Source: Pirellulales bacterium (GTDB lineage Bacteria > Planctomycetota > Planctomycetia > Pirellulales > PALSA-1355). From it: DNA of 64,000 bases. The notes below the pieces were generated by a model. The model was not told the DNA's origin, did not search any database, and worked only from the letters and a program-made list of their open reading frames with translations. Each line of letters starts with the position of its first letter. Position 1 is the stretch's first letter. Position numbers and translations under genes: made by a program. Below are positions 59,593-64,000 of the stretch, one piece after another. The DNA lies in assembly GCA_963733035.1 (NCBI GenBank), contig CAVTBU010000004.1, positions 64,001-128,000 of the forward strand. Direction: 5' to 3'.

Positions 59593-62500
59593 ATGACGCG
59601 ACTACTACGATTCCACGGTTTTCCGGTACTCGTTCTCGTCGTGTTGGCGCTCGGCATTTCCAATCGCTCTCGGGCGGCTAAGGCCGCCGACGACGTACCA
59701 GCCGATCATCCCGAACAGATGGCCACCAGTCTTGAGTTGTTCAAGGAAAACGTCCGCGGCTTGTTATCGCGACAATGCGTCGACTGTCACGGCGGCAAGG
59801 AGACGCACGGCGAGTTCGACCTCACGACGCGTGAGGGACTGCTCAAGGGAGGTGAACTGGGGCCGGCCGTCGTGCCGGGAAAACCAGCCGACAGCCTGCT
59901 GATGCAATTGGTGCGGCATGAGAAAGATCCCAACATGCCGCAGGACGGGGACAAGCTGGCGGACGAGTCGATCGAACAGTTGTCGGCCTGGATAGCCTCC
60001 GGGGCCGCCTACGACAAGCCGCTGGTCGACACGGCCGCGGAGTTGACCGCCAAAAAGGTTTCCGAAGACGATCGGCGGTTCTGGTCGTTTCAGCCGCTGT
60101 CGAAGCCGAGCGTTCCCACGACCGACGACCACGGCTGGTGCAAAAACACGATCGACCATTTCGTGTGGGGCAAGCTGGCGGAAAAGGGGCTCAAGCCGAA
60201 CGGCATGGCCGACCGCCGCAAGCTCATTCGCCGAGCCTACTTCGACCTGATAGGCCTTCCGCCCAGCCCCGCGGAAGTCGACGCCTTTCTGGCCGACGAA
60301 TCGGATGATGCCTACGACCGGCTCATCGACACTTTGCTGGCCAGCCCTCACTATGGCGAACGGTGGGGCCGGCATTGGCTCGATCTGGCTCGATTTGCCG
60401 AGAGCCACGGCTACGAACAGGACTACGACCGGCCGAGCGCCTACCACTATCGCGATTTCGTGATTCAGGCGCTCAACGACGACATGCCGTACGATCAATT
60501 CGTGCGCTGGCAATTGGCCGGCGACGAGTTCGAACCGGACAACAACCTGGCGCTGATGGCCACCGGTTTTCTCGGGGCCGGCACGCACGCCACGCAAATC
60601 ACGGCCAACCAGGTGGAAAAAGAACGCTACGACGAATTGGACGACATGGCGGCCACGGTCGGCACGGCGATGTTAGGCCTGACGATCGGTTGCGCTCGCT
60701 GTCACGATCACAAGTACGACCCGATTCCGCAAGTCGACTACTACCGCCTGCTTTCGACGTTTACGACCACGGTGCGGACGGAGGTCGAACTCGATTTTCA
60801 TCCCGAGGTCACCGCCGAAAAAAAGGCGACATTCGAGCGCGAACACGCACCGCTCGTGGCGGCACTCAAGCAATTCGAGGACGAGCAACTCGCCAGCCGC
60901 TACGAAACCTGGCTGGCCAGCGGCGTCAAAAACGTGCTGCCCACCTGGATGGTCCTTGAGCCGGCGACGCTGACGTCGGCCGGTGGGGCGGAGTTTGAAA
61001 AACTGTCCGACAGCTCGGTCCTGGCCAAGGGAACTAACGCCGAGTTTGACACTTATACTTTCGTCGTGCCGACAAAGATGGCGAGCATCACAGCCATCCG
61101 CCTCGAGACGCTCGCACATGAATCGTTGCCGAAGAACGGTCCCGGGCGCGCGGAAAACGGCAACTTTGCCCTTTCGGATTTCCAGCTCTGGGCCGCTCCA
61201 CCAGGAACGCAAACGCCCGGCGCGCCGGTCAAGCTTGTCAGCCCCAAGGCCACTTTCGAGCAGGAAGGATTGCCGATTTCCGGGACGCTCGACGACAACA
61301 AGAAAAGCGCCTGGGCCGTCGATGGCGAAATCGGCAAGAACCAGGCGGCCAGCTTCGCCTTGGAAACGCCGCTCAAGAACGACGCCGGCACGACGCTTAC
61401 GTTTGTTCTCAAATTCGAAAACAACAAGGGCCACAACCTGGGTCGGCTGCGGCTCTCAGCGAGCAGCTTCACCAAGGAGAGCGAGCCCAAGAGCGACGAA
61501 GCGGCGCAGTCCACGGTCGAGCAGATCAATCAGGCACTCGCGATTCCCGCCGAACAACGCGACGAAGGCCAGCATGCGGCGCTCGCCAAGTGGTATCGCG
61601 AACACGAAGACACCGAGTGGCAGCGGTTGTCCAATGCCGTTGCCGACCACGCGGCGCAAGCGCCACAGCCGGAACTGACAAAGGTGATGATTTGCACCGA
61701 AGGGTTGCCGGCGATTCGTCTGCATACGCAAGGGGCCGATTTCTTCGAGGAAACGTATTTTCTAAAGCGTGGCGACTTGAATCAGAAGCTCGGCGTGGCC
61801 CCGCAAGGCTTCCTGCAGGTTCTCATGCTCACGCCCCAAGGTCCCGAGCAATGGCTGCAAACGCCGCCCGAGGGGTGCCGCACGTCGTATCGCCGGCGCT
61901 CGCTGGCCGCATGGATCACCGACACTCGCGCCGGCGCGGGGAACCTTTTGGCGCGGGTCATCGTCAATCGGCTCTGGCAGCACCATTTCGGCCGCGGCAT
62001 CGTGGCCACACCTAGCGACTTCGGCGCCTCCGGCGAGCGCCCACGCATCCCGAGTTGCTCGACTATCTGGCCGGAGAGCTGGTTGCCGGCGGTTGGCGGC
62101 TCAAGGCGTTGCACAAGGAAATGATGACCAGCGCGGCGTATATGCAATCGACCGAGGTCGACCCGGACCGCGCGGCGATTGATCCAGACAATCTCTACCT
62201 CTGGCATCGCTCGCGGCAACGGCTCGAGGCGGAAGCGATTCGCGATAGCATGTTGGCCGCCAGTGGGCTGCTGGACGAAACGATGTACGGCCCCGGCTCG
62301 CTCGACGAGTCGCAAAAGCGTCGCAGCATTTATTTCACGGTCAAGCGGAGCAAACTGATCCCCAGCATGATGCTCTTCGACGCGCCAGATTCGTTGCAGG
62401 GGCTGGGTCAGCGGGCCGCCACAATCGTCGCCCCCCAGGCGCTGGCGATGCTGAACAATGAACAAGTCCAGGCAAATGCGCGAGCGCTGGCCGAACGGAT

Positions 62501-62723
62501 TTTGGGCGAGAAGCACCCTTCACTTGACGAGACGATCCGCAGGGGATACGAGGTCACGCTTGCTCGGTTGCCAGACGACACGGAAGCCTCGCAGTCCGCA
62601 GAATACATTCGACATGCGACCGAACTTTACAAAGCCGCCGGAAACGACGAGGCCGAGACACAGGCCCTGGCCGATTTTTGCCAGGTGCTTTTCGGCCTGA
62701 ACGAGTTCATTTACATCGACTGA
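59593..62723 (+). CDS. Planctomycete cytochrome c / DUF1549 / DUF1553 (PSCyt1-PSCyt2-PSD1) protein; apparent frameshift near 62041
   Basis: [44 protein letters not shown] and RLEAEAIRD motifs. Confidence 0.92.
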
Positions 62724-62759
62724 TCGCGCCAGTCCCTTGGGACCAGGAGCTACGTTGTC

Positions 62760-64000
62760 ATGCATCTTCCGCACCTGTTTGCCTCGCCGCCGTCGCAATT
62801 CGCCACGCGCCGGCAGTTTTTGCGTCAGGCCGGTTCCGGCGCGGGATGGCTCGCGCTGGCCGCCCTGCTCGAAGATCAAGGCCTGATTCGGCAAGCACAC
62901 GGAGCGACGCCCGGCATGGCGATCAATCCGATGGCCCCGCGCGAGTCGCACTTTCCGGCCAAGGCCAAGAGCGTTATTTGGTTGTTCATGAACGGTGGCC
63001 CCAGCCAGGTCGACACCTGGGACTACAAACCCGAGTTGGCCAAGCGAGACGGCAAGGAACTACCCGGCTTCGACAAGAACACCGGTTTCTTCACCGACCA
63101 GGTCGGGCCGCTGATGCAGTCGCCGTTCCAGTTCGCCCAGCACGGCGAGTCGGGCGCCTGGGTCTCTGAGATATTTCCCAAGATGGCCGCGCACGTCGAC
63201 GAGATGGCGTTCATCCACTCGTGCTTCACCAAGACCAACAACCACTCGCCGGCCCTGTTCGAAATCAACACCGGTATGAGCCGCATGGGTTTCCCCTGTA
63301 TGGGCGCGTGGGTCACCTACGGGCTGGGAAGTGTAAACCGCAACCTGCCTGGCTTCATCGCCATGTACGACACGTTGGGCCGCGGCCTGCCGAAAGGGCA
63401 CGCCCAAAACTGGGGCGCCGGTTTCCTGCCGGGCGTCTTCCAGGGGACGGCGCTCAACGCCCAGGGTGCGCCGATTAACAACCTCTATCGCCGCAACGGA
63501 ATGACCGATGAAGAGCAGGTTGCCCAGCTCGACTTGCTGCGCCGGCTCAACCAGCATCAGCCGGGCTCGGACGAAGCCGATCTGGCAGCCCGCATCGAAA
63601 GCTTCGAGCTGGCCTACCGCATGCAAATAGCGGCGCCCGAGGCGCTCGACATCGACAGCGAGCCGGCGCATATTCGCGAGCTGTACGGCATCGACAACCC
63701 CAAGTGCCAACACTTCGCCAAGCAAGTGCTAACCGCGCGGCGGCTGGTCGAGCGCGGGGTCCGCTTCGTGCAGATTTATTCCGGCGGCATGGAAAACGAG
63801 CGCAGCTGGGACGGCCATCAGAACATCAAAGCCAACCACACACAGTTCGCCGGCGAGACCGACATTCCGATCGGTGCCCTGCTGACGGACCTCAAACAAC
63901 GTGGGCTGCTCGAATCGACTCTCATCATCTGGTGCGGCGAGTTTGGTCGTTTGCCGATCGTGCAGAAGGGTGGCACCGGCCGCGACCACAATCCGCACGC
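62760..64000 (+). CDS. DUF1501 family protein, 3' partial
   Basis: TRRQFL Tat motif; KAKSVIWLFMNGGPSQVDTWD, ARRLVERGVRFVQ, WDGH and GEFGR motifs. Confidence 0.92.
   Translation, partial: MHLPHLFASPPSQFATRRQFLRQAGSGAGWLALAALLEDQGLIRQAHGATPGMAINPMAPRESHFPAKAKSVIWLFMNGGPSQVDTWDYKPELAKRDGKELPGFDKNTGFFTDQVGPLMQSPFQFAQHGESGAWVSEIFPKMAAHVDEMAFIHSCFTKTNNHSPALFEINTGMSRMGFPCMGAWVTYGLGSVNRNLPGFIAMYDTLGRGLPKGHAQNWGAGFLPGVFQGTALNAQGAPINNLYRRNGMTDEEQVAQLDLLRRLNQHQPGSDEADLAARIESFELAYRMQIAAPEALDIDSEPAHIRELYGIDNPKCQHFAKQVLTARRLVERGVRFVQIYSGGMENERSWDGHQNIKANHTQFAGETDIPIGALLTDLKQRGLLESTLIIWCGEFGRLPIVQKGGTGRDHNPH

Noticed and set aside
12929..62723. Calling the many split genes pseudogenes or programmed frameshifts
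   Set aside because: No internal stops or other decay, no slippery heptamers, and the breaks share a GCGC context, including in argC. A sequencing artefact is more likely.

Overview
High-GC window, very probably from a Planctomycete (Pirellulales-like). The evidence is the ECF-sigma/Ser-Thr kinase-WD40 pair, DUF1501 and PSCyt/PSD1 genes, DUF1080 and a PEP-CTERM protein. Most of the window is ordinary secreted-enzyme and housekeeping content: argC-argJ, an ABC-F ATPase, a PilT-like ATPase, two tandem SPINDLY-type TPR glycosyltransferases, tRNA-Met(CAT) and tRNA-Leu(CAG). Three accessory patches stand out. (i) At 27480-28450, just 5' of tRNA-Leu, is a small transposase-free cassette with 17-bp terminal direct repeats, an 8-bp flanking duplication and palindromic CACTA/TAGTG junctions; it carries apparently leaderless micro-membrane-protein genes. 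(ii) At 20770-22910, 3' of tRNA-Met, are orphan small genes, two of them apparently leaderless, one with a palindromic operator. (iii) At 42600-44330 is an AT-richer DUF4041/T5orf172 nuclease-like gene. About 17 apparent frameshifts all lie within a few bases of GCGC, which suggests long-read basecalling errors at a methylated motif rather than real pseudogenes. All family assignments come from motif recognition by eye; no database searches were run.
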